Origin: Camelus dromedarius
Lineage: Eukaryota
NCBI RefSeq assembly: GCF_036321535.1
Contig: NC_087437.1
Coordinates: 39,000,001 to 39,064,000 of the forward strand
Direction: 5' to 3'
Length of the DNA stretch: 64,000 nucleotides
The number at the start of each line of letters is the position of its first letter. Position 1 is the stretch's first letter. Under the pieces are notes generated by a model, which saw only the letters and a program-made list of their open reading frames with translations, was not told where the DNA came from and ran no database searches. Of this stretch, positions 12,036 through 24,745 are shown piece by piece. The translations under genes and the position numbers were made by a program.

Positions 12036-13948
12036 AGGATTCCACAAGATCATCTGTCCTCTATACACTAGGAAAAGAACTCTTACTCGAGACAACATCA
12101 GTAGGTAGTTGAGGAGGGACCAGAATCCAGATTTGCCCTCTTGTTGGTGTTTTTCCATAATTCTACAGTCTTTTGTTTCTCACAGTGACACGAATTTGTG
12201 GATATGTTGCATCATGGTAGCTTCATGAAACATGTGATACAAGCACATTTTTAGCTTATCTGTAACAACAATCCCAAGTACTAAGTGGGCCAGTTAACTT
12301 TAGTTTTCTATTTTATTTTCAGAAAATGTGGGACTAGCAGAAAATAGATGACCTAGGATTATGGACCAAATTTTAGTGTCCAGTAAAGGTGACTGTTCCA
12401 GGGGAGGTGCTTCTCACCCAAAGTTGTAATGTTATCTATTCAGAGTCAGTAGTGGCCTGATGACTTTGAGCTGGACTTTCCAACAGCGCCCTGCCGCTCT
12501 TTGGCATGCCCCTGGACCCGTTATGATTATGGAACCCCATTAAGAAGATTCCCTTTGAGATCTTGAGATAAAAGACCCTGAACGTGTATCATTAAGAGTG
12601 TAACACTGGGCCAAAGTCATGCTTCCTTTTATCTGTCTTTGATCTTAATGATCTGAGTTTGGGCCAGAATGGAGTTACGCTCTTAGAACAGCTGCTGGGG
12701 TATGAAAGAGCATTTTTGAGAGGGATAGAGAATGAGAAAGATGAATTGAAATCAGGACTAGTGAAGTCAATTCAGCTGCTGGGTATAAAGGAGCATTTTG
12801 AAATCTAGTATGGCAGTGCACTGATATTTATGGCCAGGTGTTTTACATTAAACCTATCTTAAAGTATTAAAAACTTGAAATGCATGCATCCTTTACATCC
12901 TTTTCCCTCCCATATTGTGTGTGCAGAGTTAGATAGAAAGTGAAAATATAAGGAGGAACTAAAGAAACAGCCAGTAGGAAAATCAGTTGAAATAATCCAG
13001 ATGCTTCTACCATTTTAAAAGTCACGTCTAGTTTGCTCATAAAGCCCTGAGTAGTATGAGAGATGTTTAAAAAATCTTGGAGTTTGGTAGTAGAAGAAAA
13101 GTGGTGAATTTATAGATCTTAATCTTGGTTGCTTGGATTGTCACATTATACTATCTAAGAGTGGAAAAGATTTATTCCAGCTGCAAAATTGTGGGTTAAA
13201 AGAAATGTCACACTGAAGTTTTTTTTCCCCCTTATTTAAATGAATATCCATATGCTCTGAATGTTATCAGATTTTCAGGCTTTAGAAACTGAAGGCTCTT
13301 TATTCATAGGACAGGCTTTGCAGGAGCTACTATAGTGCAAATTCATCCCCAGAACTCTCCTAACATACATATATTTCTCTTTGGAAATATCAGCTCTGGG
13401 GTAGCAAGAATAATTTCATCATGGCCTTCATGGCTTTTGGCTTTTGTCTGAAAGATCCAGAAAGTGCAGAGGTTATAATGTATTGCTTCAGTGACAGGAA
13501 CACTTGTCCCTTAGGATTAACATTTCAGGAACTTCTTCATGTGTTACAAAGCCACCTGCAGAGAGTGTTTGAAAGTCACTGGATAGCTGACTTCACCCAC
13601 AGGGAAAGTGACAGGGACCTGGCGTAGATAGAGCCTTTTCAGTGGAAACCTTTAGACATAATTAGATTATTCTAGCAGGTAGTGGATTCCTGTCCATCTA
13701 GCCATCTCTAGAGGATGCTGGGGGCTACCATCATCACATGACAGCTTTCACTGGCTAGTTGCCACTGAACTCCGAGTTAACTTTGGGGACCTTTGAACTG
13801 CCTTCAGGGTGTGGGGTAGGAATGCAACAGGCTCAAGAGACATTTTAAAGATTCACTCTCTATTTGAGTTGGCCCTAAGGATTCAGAAAGGACCTGGGAT
13901 AGTGGAGTTGATGGAGTTGATTCTAGGGTCCTCTGAAATTTGAATTAT

Positions 13949-14066
13949 CTATAAAATACTGGTATGACATATAATAAACTATTCATATAATACTGGTATG
14001 TATTATTTATAAAAATATTCATAGAATACTGGGCAGACATCATAAAGTATACATAAAATATTGGTG
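13949..14066. repeat. Degenerate ~35-bp tandem repeat, about four units
   Basis: Recurring core: tataaaatactgg / catataatactgg / catagaatactgg / cataaaatattgg. Confidence 0.6.
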
Positions 14067-14088
14067 TTGAAACATGGCTGATACTATG

Positions 14089-14521
14089 TGTGGTGGTTAA
14101 TTTTATGTGTCAACTTGAGCTAAGGGATGTCCAGATAGTTGGTAAAACATTATTTCTAGATGTATCCTTGAGATTGGTTTTGGAAGAGATTAACATTTGA
14201 ATCACTCAACTGAATGAAGAATATCTTCCTCACTTGTATAGGTGGGCTTCACCCAATGCATTGAAGGCCTGAATAGAAAAAAAAAAAAAAAAAAAAAGGC
14301 TGGGGAAGGATGAGTTTCCTCTTTTTGCCTGACCTGGGACATCCAGCTTCTCCTGCTCTCACAGAACATTGATACTTCTGGTTCTTGGGCCTTTAGACTC
14401 GGAATGAATTACACTACCATCTCGCAGATGGCAGAGTGGGCCTTCTGGGACTCCATAATTGCATGAGCCAATTTTAATAATAAATCTCATCTATCTGTGT
14501 ATCTATCTATGTATCTGTGTA

Positions 14522-14591
<70 letters not shown>

Positions 14592-14639
14592 ACCTCCCTC
14601 TCAATGGTCCTATTTCTCTGGAGAACCCTGACCAGTCCA
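14089..14639 (+). mobile_element. MLT2 LTR (ERVL), 5' LTR of a truncated provirus
   Basis: tgtggtggttaattttatgtgtcaacttga start, tctctggagaaccctgaccagtcca end; directly followed by ERVL internal sequence. Confidence 0.9.
14490..14591. repeat. Compound (TATC/TGTC)n tetranucleotide microsatellite inside the MLT2 LTR
   Basis: atctatctgtgtatctatct...ctgtctgtct(atct)n read directly. Confidence 0.95.
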
Positions 14640-16490
14640 GGTTCAGGTATCAAGGCTGGCTCTACAGGAGCAGAATTTTAAGGATGAGCTTATAACTTTG
14701 TTCTGTTATTTCTGGAATTGGCTCTCTAATCCGATTAGACTTAAAAGACGCCAATGACTCTATTTCCAATAGTAACGAGAGCAAAATAGTCCGTAGTATG
14801 AACTGTTTACAGGGATAGATAAAATATCTGCTCTGGATACTCCTAATCAACCATTCATAAGAAGCAAGGAGCCAAGTGATTTTATATGTGATGCTTTTGA
14901 ACATTATTGGAAAACTTAGAAATACCACGACATTGGTTGGCTGCTCCTAATGTGTCTGGACAAAGTGGTGAAAGGCTACGCTCAGGAAGTCACACCTCCA
15001 GCTCAAGTACTAGCTGTATAAATGATCTCATAGCTTCTCTGTGTGCCTTGAAGGAGAACCTTATCTCCTGTGGCTGTAGGGCTGAACTGGCTGTGATTGG
15101 CTGAATTATGATGCAAATTGAATTTCCAGCCTCAGGGGGTGTCACCGTTAAAGTGATGGCATTGATTGGAAAGAATGGGGTCCTGTAAACTGAGCTGAGG
15201 TTCTGTGGGAAGAAGCTGATCAAGCTGACGATGTTGAGCCCCTAAATTCTGATGAGTCTTTCTTTGCTAGTGGAATTACTTTCTCATCCACTGTGCTAAC
15301 TGTTGTGGGCACACATGGCGATGGGCCCGTGACACAGGTTGGTAAAGAATTACCGGAGACAGAGAGAAGTTTAGGAGCGTTTAATAGTTATGCTGCTGTA
15401 GGCAAAAGGGGGCCCCGCTGGTGAGAGGTGTCCGTGTGAGCGCCAAGGGTGGGCGTGCAGGGTCTTTTATGGAGGGGAGGCGGCTGTACACACAGAGAGT
15501 AGGGGCTGCGTGATCAATTCTTGCAGTGGTTCCTGATTGGTTGTAAGGTCTGTCAGGGACTTCTCTGAACAATAGGTTTTATGACTTTAATAGGGGCAGG
15601 GTGTGAAGCCTGTCGCCTAGGGCATTGTGAGAGGGGCTATCTCCTGGGGCGGTGAGTTTTGTTAGGGTAAACACACATTAGGGAAGCTGTTTTTATCCTT
15701 TAGAAATGCAGGTATGCGGAGGGTCCTGCAATGGGGAGTGGGGGTTAAGGTCACCGAGAGCCCCAGGGGAGGGGGTTTCATGACTCCAGGAAATGCCAGC
15801 TGGCTTCACAGTAAGGGCTTCCCCACTCCCGGGAGCAGAGATCTCTCTCTGTTGAGATCTGACTGAAGGGATTAGTCCTGCCTTGTCTAAGGAAACAGCA
15901 GTGGTCTCCCTGAAGCAGACGCCATGCAGGACAGTGCCAGTTCTCCTCAGCACTGACCCCGCTCACTCTTCTTCTCAGGCTTCTAGACCTATAAATAGAC
16001 TCAAGTCCCAACAGGCCTCTAAAAGAGAGGTACAAAGTGTGACTTGTGAGGAAGTGTGCTACACTCCGAAATAATGTGAGTGTTCAAATGCATACAATCA
16101 GAAATCCAGGGAACATGTGTGGGAGTGGATGCTAAGGGTGTGGAATGGTGGTGGAAGGCACATAGAGGTGGATCAGGCCACATTTATTGAAATGGACCGT
16201 CTAAGCAGAGATTGTGCATTTAACGTTGCAGCTATGGGAGTTAGGAAGGATTTAACAGTTTGGTTGGGCCAAAAGATGGCCCATTGTGAACAAATCAAAA
16301 ATGATCAAATTTGTGAAGGGAGACCCAGCATTCTTGAAGAGCTCTGGGTTCACTCTTCTCTGTAGGCCAGCCTTACAGTGGGGACTACAGCCACTTAGTT
16401 CGAATGAGAGTGGTTGGATCCCAAGGTGGTAGAGGCCAAGTGGCAGCCAGGTGGACGTGGTTACCATAATGGACAGCAGATACATTGATA
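14640..16490 (+). mobile_element. ERVL internal region (degenerate PBS, leader and decayed gag), interrupted by a younger LTR
   Basis: ORFs 15883-16074 (SRPINRLKSQQASKREVQSVTCEEVCYTPK) and 16117-16365 (WEWMLRVWNGGGRHIEVDQATFIEMDRLSRDCAFNVAA) match recalled ERV-L Gag; stops and deletions present; no pol or 3' LTR seen. Confidence 0.85.
15301..15810 (-). mobile_element. Solo LTR (probably ERV1-class, younger) nested in ERVL gag
   Basis: Minus strand reads TGTGAAG...CACAACA with CCAATC (15535-15540), ATAAAA TATA-like box (15465-15470) and ATTAAA (15380-15385) in U3-R order; more CpG-rich than flanks; TSD degenerate. Confidence 0.75.
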
Positions 16491-16511
16491 AACACGTAAC
16501 AAATAGAGAAT

Positions 16512-16651
16512 TTAAAAAAAAAAATCTCTTTTGGGGGTGTAATTAGGTTTATTTACTTATTTAATATTTTTAGGGGAGGTACTGGGGATTGAACCCAGGA
16601 CCTTGTGCATGCTAAGCACACACTCAACCACTTGAGCTATACCTTCCCCCC
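16512..16651 (-). mobile_element. tRNA-derived camelid SINE (Vic-1 type)
   Basis: gaggtactggggattgaacccaggacc...gagctataccttccccc with B-box-like GGTTCAATCC on the minus strand; 13-bp TSD acaaataga(g/a)aat at 16499-16511 and 16652-16664. Confidence 0.85.
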
Positions 16652-17899
16652 ACAAATAGAAAATATATTTTAGATATTCAGCTTCTAGTGTCCATGCTGT
16701 TCTTTAAAGCTGACCCAAATATGGAGTAAGACTTCACATGGTGGGTAATGGCTTTGAAATACCTCAGCAGACTATGGATGAATTGGATTAAGAATGGTAA
16801 ACTCCATTTCTGATGAGCCACTGTCCTAAAGTCTAAAAGAAAATCAGTCTGGTTTGTCAAAATGCTTTTTCACATTCAGATACATACGAGTGACTGTTTC
16901 ATTATTTCAGCGGAGCCCAGTGTGGGTGAGATGTTACAAAATATCAACAGTGAGGAAATCCAGTTCTTTCAAGTCTGTGTTTTTGGCCGAGGCTGCAGAG
17001 TCTCCCAGTGGTGTCTGTTATAAAGCAACAAGCAGGACTTGGCAGCGAGTTAGAGATAACATGACTTACATCCCAAAGACCGTCCAAGCTGCATGCTAAA
17101 TTTTCCCCATCTGTCACCAGTCTCCTCTGTCCCATGTCAGAGTCAGATTTGGAATTGGTGACATTGGAGGCACTTGTTATGCCTGTCAGAACAAAACCCA
17201 AAGGTCTTATTGTTCATGGCAGTTTGGATGTACCTGAACAGTAATTACTGTTCACATGGACTTCCTTGTGCTGTTCTCCTGTTTCATGAGCTTCCATCTC
17301 CCCTTAGATGGGTCCCAGTGTACATGGTATGGAAGAGTAGAATCAGCAAGAGATGGTACCACAGATGATTTTTAAATTACTTCACGTGAAAGCCAAAGAA
17401 TGCTAGTACTTAACATTTGATTGGACTATATTTGTTGCTTATTAACCCAGTAGTTAAAAGTAAATGATTACAGAGCTGTAAATTTATTTACAGAGAAACT
17501 ATGGTTTGAAACATTTAAGTTTTAAGTTTTATGAGTATACGACTGAAGATACTACATTAAAACTTATCCATTTACACACAACAATATGGATCAATTTCTT
17601 ATGCTAACCATACACAAGAAAGTAATACTAAATTTGTGAATATTGTCATTGAGAGCAGAGTCTTACTTCACTATTCATTTTTTAGCACCTAGCATTAAAC
17701 ATATTTTTCATTTAGTCAAACCAGTCCTTAGACATACACGGGTTAAACAGAGAGGGTACTATTACAGTGACCAGAGCACATTTTGTTTTTATTTTACTGT
17801 TGTTGTTAAAGGAACTAAAAAATAAGATTTTGGCGCATGTTGATACATAAAAGTCTTTAATTTAATGTAAATATTTAACTTTATATATTTCTACCAAAA

Positions 17900-19900
17900 T
17901 CTAAATTTATTTAGTATTTCTGTTTTCCTCCAGAACAAGACAAGAAACTCTGCTCCCTGATCTAGCCCCATCAACTTTTCCTACTATCTTTCTAATGTCT
18001 GAAATGTTATTCCCTTATATTTTTAAACCCCTTCAAACTAACTTTTTATACTCAGTGTTTAATTAGAATTACTAATATATCTTGTAATTACTTTTGTCAC
18101 TGTTTTATACATTCCATTCCTTCTTTCTATGCCTTTCTTCTTCCTCAAGTATGTGCTTTGCTAATTCTTGTGGGGGGGCTCTGTTGGTGGTAAACTTTGT
18201 CTTTAAATGCCTGAGACAGTCTCTGTTTCACTATCACTGTTGTAACGTTTAGTTTAGCTGGGTATGTAATTTTAGATGGAGAGTCACTTACTTTCAGTAT
18301 TCTCTGTCTGCTCCTGTAGCTGCTGAGATGCATGCTGTCAGTCTAATTGTCTTTTATTAGATTATTATCTTCAGCCTTAAGGAGGCTTTTAAAGTTTTTC
18401 TCTTTGATATGTTCTAGTTTCATTACCGTGGATTTAAATGTGAATTTATTTTTAATTCACCCTATTTTCTCTGAGTTTACTCTTTCTGAAGATGTATTTT
18501 TCTTCAGTTCTTGAAAATTCTCAGTCATACTGGCCATTATTTTCTCTTTAATATTGCCTCTTTATCATTCTCTCAACTTGCTACTTCTGGAACTCCCATT
18601 CCTAGTGCGTGTGATTTACTAGAGTGTGACTACTAGTGCTCACCAATATCTGAATAGTTATTCCTTAAAGGGCACATGGGTGATTATACCTTTTTGCTCC
18701 TTGCCATTAAGAAGAACTGTAAAAGGTAAGCACAAATGATGTGTGTCATTTGCAGGCTGAGGTAGGGGACAGGCCATGTACAGCTTTACTCTTTTTTGCT
18801 TCTGCTTCAGCAATTATGGAAGAGGGTCTTGAATGATTGATAAGTGAACATTTAGTAAGCCACGGAGGTGTGGGGATGTTTGTTGCTGTGATGGGGCCTA
18901 TCCTATCCGGAATAAAATTGGGAGCCTCTGAGTTTATGCTGCATGTCTCATAAAATTATCTTTCATAGTTTTTATTTATTTATTTCTCAGGTACAATCTT
19001 TCAATTGAACAATTATTTCTTTAACTATATTCAGCTCAGGATTAGTCCCTTTTTAGTTCTTATGCTAACAACTGTACTTTTCTTTGCGGATTTATAACCC
19101 TTCATCATAGCCAATCTATTCTTGGCTTATAAAGATTATTTATAACTTTTTATACTTGAATTACATATATTATTTCTCTATTTCTATGAGTGTTTTGAAC
19201 ATACTTGTTTGTAAATAATTCTCAGGTTAATAGCTTTCTATTTTGCATTCCTCTAAAATGAATTCTTTCAGTTGTCTAGAATATCAGCTGTCTTTTGTGG
19301 GAGTTTCCTCGTTTTTCTCGGCTAACTCATTTTGGGTAGGAGTTTTGTTGTTGTTGCTGTTATTTTATTTTTAATGCTCTTCTCTTTGGACTTCTATTCC
19401 TTGCTTGCTAGTTTTTGCCATTACCTGTATCCAGCTCCCTGGAGCTCTCTGTTCAGAACTAGGTCGCATATGGGCGTGTTGGGTCTCCTGTCCTGCAGAG
19501 GCGCTGGTGTGTTACAAATCTGGTTTCTGAGCCAGAGAATGACTGGACAGAAGGTCGGAGTAGGAACTGGTCTTGGCTCCCACTCACTTCCCTGACTGCT
19601 GATTGGTGGACTCTCAGCCCTGGGCAATGGCTGCCATTTTGTCAAGATTCCTTTTATAAGTCAGAGAAACTAAACCCAATCTCTGGTCTCACAGCCTGAG
19701 TCTGGCCCTGGTCCTCTGACGCAAGCGGAGCACTTTGAGCTCCTATTATTCCCGCTTCCCATGTTGAGATTTCTAGTAGGCTACTCTTACTGTTTGTATT
19801 TCTGTTCCAAGATGTTTATTTTGTTCCTGAGTCCAGTTTTGCCTTTTAAAATATTAAATCTATATTATATAACATAAAATTATATATTTATGTATGTGTG
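17900..19900 (-). mobile_element. Old LINE-1 (L1M) 5' UTR/ORF1 region relic
   Basis: ctgttggtggtaaac...tttagctgggtatgtaattttagatgg...gctgtcagtctaattg...ttcttcagttcttgaaaattctcag, typical antisense L1M ORF1 region. Confidence 0.7.
18609..18916 (+). mobile_element. MLT1 (I/J-like) LTR inserted in the old L1
   Basis: gtgctcaccaatatc...gggcacat...taagccacggaggtgtggggatgtttgttgctg...cctatcc. Confidence 0.6.
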
Positions 19901-20838
19901 TTTCTTTCATTACTATGGATTTGAAGCAGAGTGAGTGAGTATTTGTACCTGAACTCACAATTTTCTCTTAATAAAAAATCAGTCTTTAATTTAAATGAGA
20001 TTAAACCTCTGACTCATCATGTGGTGATCCTTCTCTTATTACAAATTAGAGATTTCATTTTGATTTAGTTCCCTCCCAGTGGTTTTTATTTGATTTTTAA
20101 AAAGATTTTCTGAGAAAGTAGAAGGTTTTGGGGTGAGGGGTGGACAATTTAGTGAATCCAGTAGGCCATCAGAATCATTAAATGCACCTACTACTCAACT
20201 TTTTCTTTTGTAAAGCAGGTAAGTGTGTGTTAATTAAGCTTTTTAGTCTTCCCATACTTATTTTTCTTATTACCCTTTATTCAGTAATAGAATTAATCAT
20301 AACTTAAGGAAAAAAACAAATGAAGAGATATATGAACATCCAGAGTAAAATCACTTAATAAAATGTTGGTGGCAGCTAAGTGAAGAGGTTATGCTACGTT
20401 CATTTTCTGTGTTGCTCTGAGATGAAAATCAGACTATTTCATTCTGCATTGCTGAGCCCTTAGGTGCCAGATCTCTGAGGTTGCATAGAGTATAAAATGC
20501 AATATTTTTCCAAAGGAGCACTTGTGGAGATGGAACAGTGTTTTACTTTCAAGATCAGGTTTTTCTTTCATTCTTCTTTTGCTGAGTGTTTACTATCACA
20601 TATGTGTTTCCTTTGAGAATTTTTTATAGGGAATCAAAACATTGAAAACAATTTCAGGGATAATTTTCCACATTACTATAGAAGCTTCTCCTTTATTAAA
20701 ATACTTAAAAATAAGCTTCCCCAGTGCATTTACTCACTTTTAAATAATTTCTCCTTTAAGCAAAAATATTTTACTCTATAAAGGGTAATCATTTTGGTGG
20801 AAATAGTTCTAAAATGCATGACATAAATGTTAACCTTC

Positions 20839-21288
20839 TGAACCGAGTTGAATAGTGTTCTTCCAGAATTCATGTTTACCCTGAACTTGCGAATGTGACT
20901 TTATTTGGAAACAGAATCTTTTCAGATGTGATTAAGTTAAGGTGAGTTCATCCTGGATTATGGTGGGCCACTACAGAGGGTCAATATAATGCCCTTGTAA
21001 GAAGAGAGAAATCTGGACACAGACACACAGAAAGGAGAGTGTCAGGTGATGACAGGGACAGAGATTGGAGTGATGCACACGAGTGCCACGAACTGCCAGC
21101 AATCACCAGAAGCTAGGAGAGAAGTGTGGAATAGATTTTCCTTCACAACCTCCAAAATTTGAAATCAGCCGTACTGATACTTGGCTTTGGACTTCTGCCT
21201 CTGGAAATGTAGGAGAATGCATTTCTGTTGTTTTTAAGCCATCCAGTTTGTGGCACTTACATTATAGAAACTCTAGAAAATGAATACA
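20839..21288 (+). mobile_element. MLT1B/C-type MaLR solo LTR
   Basis: gaatgtgactttatttggaaacag...agattggagtgatgc...caccagaagctaggagag...taagccatccagtttgtgg...aaatgaataca. Confidence 0.9.
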
Positions 21289-22582
21289 TCTTTTTACATA
21301 GCATATTTTACTGGACATACACAATCTTTCTCTATGGTTTAAAAAATTTGAATAGTTTATTCTACTGTCATGATGTTCCAAACAGCCTTTGAAGTGTTCT
21401 GGACTTACCTTGCCCCTCAAAGAACATGAATAAGGCAAATTTGATATTCTTTCTGGCCTTTCTGTCTTATGGTCATCAGCTATTCTATTTCTATATAGAT
21501 CTTTTATTTTTCCTTCCTCTCTATGTCTAAATAGATGTCATAGTCTAAGAAAGACTGAAAGTTTCCAGGAGAAAAAACCCAACTAACCTAAGTTTGTTAA
21601 ATCAGTTTTTGATTTTTACATAAGTATATGGGCTCAGTTCTCAGTTCTAAGAGTTCTCAATTTCCCAAAGTGTATTTGGCTATAGAAGCTCTGGAAAAAT
21701 ATGATGGGGATGATGCTGGTGGTGGTTGCGATATTTATGGTCAAAAGTGGTTTGGGAAGTGCTGACTACTGTACCTCCTTTGGCAAATTCATACTCTCTT
21801 TATATGTGTATGTATATATATGTGTATATATATATACTTTAATATTTTTACATATTTTATATTCATATACCTATATATACACATGTTTTGTAAAGACTTG
21901 AAGAGGTTCCAAAAGTGAAAAATCTTGTTTAAACTAGTGCTTGATACTAGAACCCTGTCTTTGGTATCATCTATCGATATCTAAAGATTCTACAGAAATC
22001 ACTTTGATAAACACTGTCTTAAAGAGCAAAATGTCTGTTCCTAAGAAACAGTTTCTTCTAAGCCTAGAGCTCACACGTTCTTTGTGGGTCTTCAGCTCTG
22101 TGACTTTGTTTTGCATATTTGAGGTTACTGAAAACCAAAGTGTCAGACACATGAGGAGTTTTGAATTGTTCTTGGCAAGAACTGATCTTCCTAAAGTACC
22201 GTTTATTTAGATAGGAGTTTGGTTTTTTTGTTTGTTTGTTTCTTTGGGCTTTTTTTGCATTTATTTTCCTGTCATAATCTAGGTGCTAAGAAAGATTAAA
22301 TAAATCTCTATTTGAAAAGTGCTATGTAAAGATGAAATTGAAGGCAGGTGAACAAACAATGTTGCAGTTGGACTAGGGTTTTTTTTCTTTTTTTTCCTTC
22401 AGTCTCTATATTGAGTCCCTTACATCTTTTATGTTGTCTTAACTTTGAGGCTGCTTTTGAGTTAGTGCCAATGCTTAATTACATGGCATCTTGTCTTATA
22501 TCTAACTGTTTAAATTCAGAAACTGAACAGGGTTGCTGAAGCAGTGTTATTGCCAGTTTTAGGAAGAATTAGAACAAGCCAT

Positions 22583-23160
22583 TTATGCATCAGTCAGTCG
22601 GTCTGATGGAGTATCTTCGATGTATCAGGGGCTAGTGATACAGGACCCTAAGGGAACACACACCCTAGTGTGGAGAGACCGACAATAAACAATGAGTTGA
22701 TAATATTTCTAGTATGTTAGTTGAGAATAAGTGTGATGGAGAAAAATTAAATAGGCTGGGGGTAAGAATATCGGTGAGGATAGGTGGAAGTTTGCAATTT
22801 GGATGATGATGGTGAGAAAAGGTATCATGGAGAAGGTGGAATTTGATTAAAAAAAAAAAACATGTTAGGAAGGTAAGGAAACAAGCCATGTAGTTCTGCA
22901 GTGGGAAAGTGTAGGAAAAAGGAACAAAGCAAGCCCAGAGATGGAGGGTGTCTGATGTCAGCAATAGCACAGGCTGGTAGGTACAGAGCAGAGGGGACAG
23001 GACATGCAGAAAAGGGCATAAGACCGGAGAGATGGTGGTGGGCATGGCCTGGAGGTCTTTTAGGTCGTTAGAAAAATTTTAGCTTCTACTCCGAGTGTGA
23101 TGGGAAGTCATCGGAGAGTGTGGAGCAGGGGAAAGACATGATCTAGCTGACATTTTACAT
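22583..23160 (-). mobile_element. LINE-2 (L2a-like)
   Basis: Antisense L2 3' region through ttagcttctactccgagtgtgatgggaagtca...gacatgatct. Confidence 0.8.
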
Positions 23161-24224
23161 TTTACATCATGCTATTAGGAGCCTGGTGACTGTTGGGTTG
23201 TTGGTGCCCAGGCTCATATACCGGCTCTTATAAAGGCATTTTGAAATAGATTGATGTTTCCCATGGAGGGGAACTCATGCTATGAAGGCAGATGTCATAG
23301 GAACTATAGGAATAAATTGCACTTTTTCATTTTCTTTTTAGAGAAAAATGACCTAGGGATAACAAAGGAGTCATGGTAACGGGAAAACGTTTTTAGACAA
23401 TCTGAGCTGAAAGTTTGTATTCTTTCCTTTAGCTCTCTGGCAGGAAAGACTGCTCAGGCTGATGTATGTCATTACCGGTTCTGAATTCATCATTTGTTCT
23501 CTGGCATTTAATTGCCACCAGAATAAAAAATTCTGGTCACAACAAGTTTTATATTATGGAGATTCTGGGTGAAGTTAGAAGCCCAAGATATAAGCTTCTC
23601 TACCGTCAGTGTGTCTGAATATGCCATTGTTGAATAGAATTTTGAAAACTGGTGAGTAAAGGAATGGAATCAGGAGTCTGTCCTGCTTTTCTTAAACAAA
23701 TGATACCTCAGGGTAACCAAATGGTTGATGAGAAGAATGTTCTTGTTATAGAATTACATCAGTTAATAAAGAAGAACCATCCGTAGATGAACCAACCACT
23801 TGTAAAGCTTACCCCCATCATCATCCCTTCCTGCAGATATCTGTTCTTATTCCATCCCATCCTGTCACCATCTTTTCTGGTCAGTATGTCTCATATTGTT
23901 AGATGTGGCTATATTGAGCAGTGAGATGTGGATCACTTCTAAATGAAAATAGTAATCGTTCACAAAGACATGGGATTTCATGAAGTCCACAAAAGCAGTG
24001 CTGGAGAACTCCTTCAGCTACCCTCAACATTATTCGTCAGTAAGGGTCTGGCAGAGTTATACTCGTTATCATTCGAAGGAGAAAAAAAAATCACCATGGA
24101 GGATCATAGCTAGTGCTCTTAAAGTGAAAATTTTGAAATGTCAAAGATTAATAATAGTAATAATGGTTATCAATTATTAACGTATACCACGCACCACATG
24201 TTATTCCAAGTTCTTTACATATAG

Positions 24225-24610
24225 TCTGAGTTGGGCTGTTGGTTTGGCTACGTGTGGCAAAGGGTCACAATAACCCTTTTGTAGATAAGCTAGACATTTA
24301 TTATTTTTAGCCTGAACTGGTAGAGTGGCTCTGTTCAGCAAGATTCTTGAAGTCTGGTTCCTTCCATGCTGTTGCTCTGTTTCCCTGGAGTGTTTGCCTC
24401 GTGGACCGAATCCAAGAAATCTCACTCTCTTTGTGCGTTTCTCCTGGTCACAGGCTTCTTTCCTTTCAGGGTTCACACTGGAAGTTCATGTATCACCTTT
24501 GCTTTTCTACATTGTTGAGTACTTAGTCCCTTGGCCAGATCTAGCTGCAAAGATGGAGGCAAAATGTAGTATTTATTTTTGCTGGCCAAGTGCTCAGGTG
24601 ACCAGTGTAA
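24225..24610 (-). mobile_element. Old MLT1 (K/L-like) LTR
   Basis: ggttccttccatgctgttgctctg...cttagtcccttggccagatctagctgcaaag...aaatgtagt. Confidence 0.6.
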
Positions 24611-24629
24611 GGCTCTGCCCCTTGGAAGT

Positions 24630-24745
24630 TATTTTATTTCATCTTCATAATAATCCTATGAGTCAGGTGCAATTATGATCCCTGTATTATACATGAGCTA
24701 TCTTAGGCATGGAGAGGCTTGACAGTTTCCCAAAGTCAGGGAAGT
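24630..24745 (-). mobile_element. MIR SINE fragment
   Basis: tcatcttcataataatcctatgag...ttaggcatggagagg...cccaaagtca antisense MIR core. Confidence 0.7.

Noticed and set aside
13949..14066. Repeat-spacer pattern as a CRISPR-like array
   Set aside because: Degenerate AT-rich minisatellite in a mammalian genome; units not identical and no cas genes
14459..14695. ORF with YLSI repeats resembling a membrane peptide
   Set aside because: Translation of the TATC microsatellite
16512..16651. tRNA gene
   Set aside because: tRNA-like boxes belong to a SINE with AT-rich tail and TSD; no cloverleaf or acceptor stem
23342..23375. 34-nt exon-like segment (tttcattttctttttag|...KNDLGITKES...|gtaacg)
   Set aside because: Weak donor; two of three frames contain stops; splicing to the 46650 candidate would create TGA
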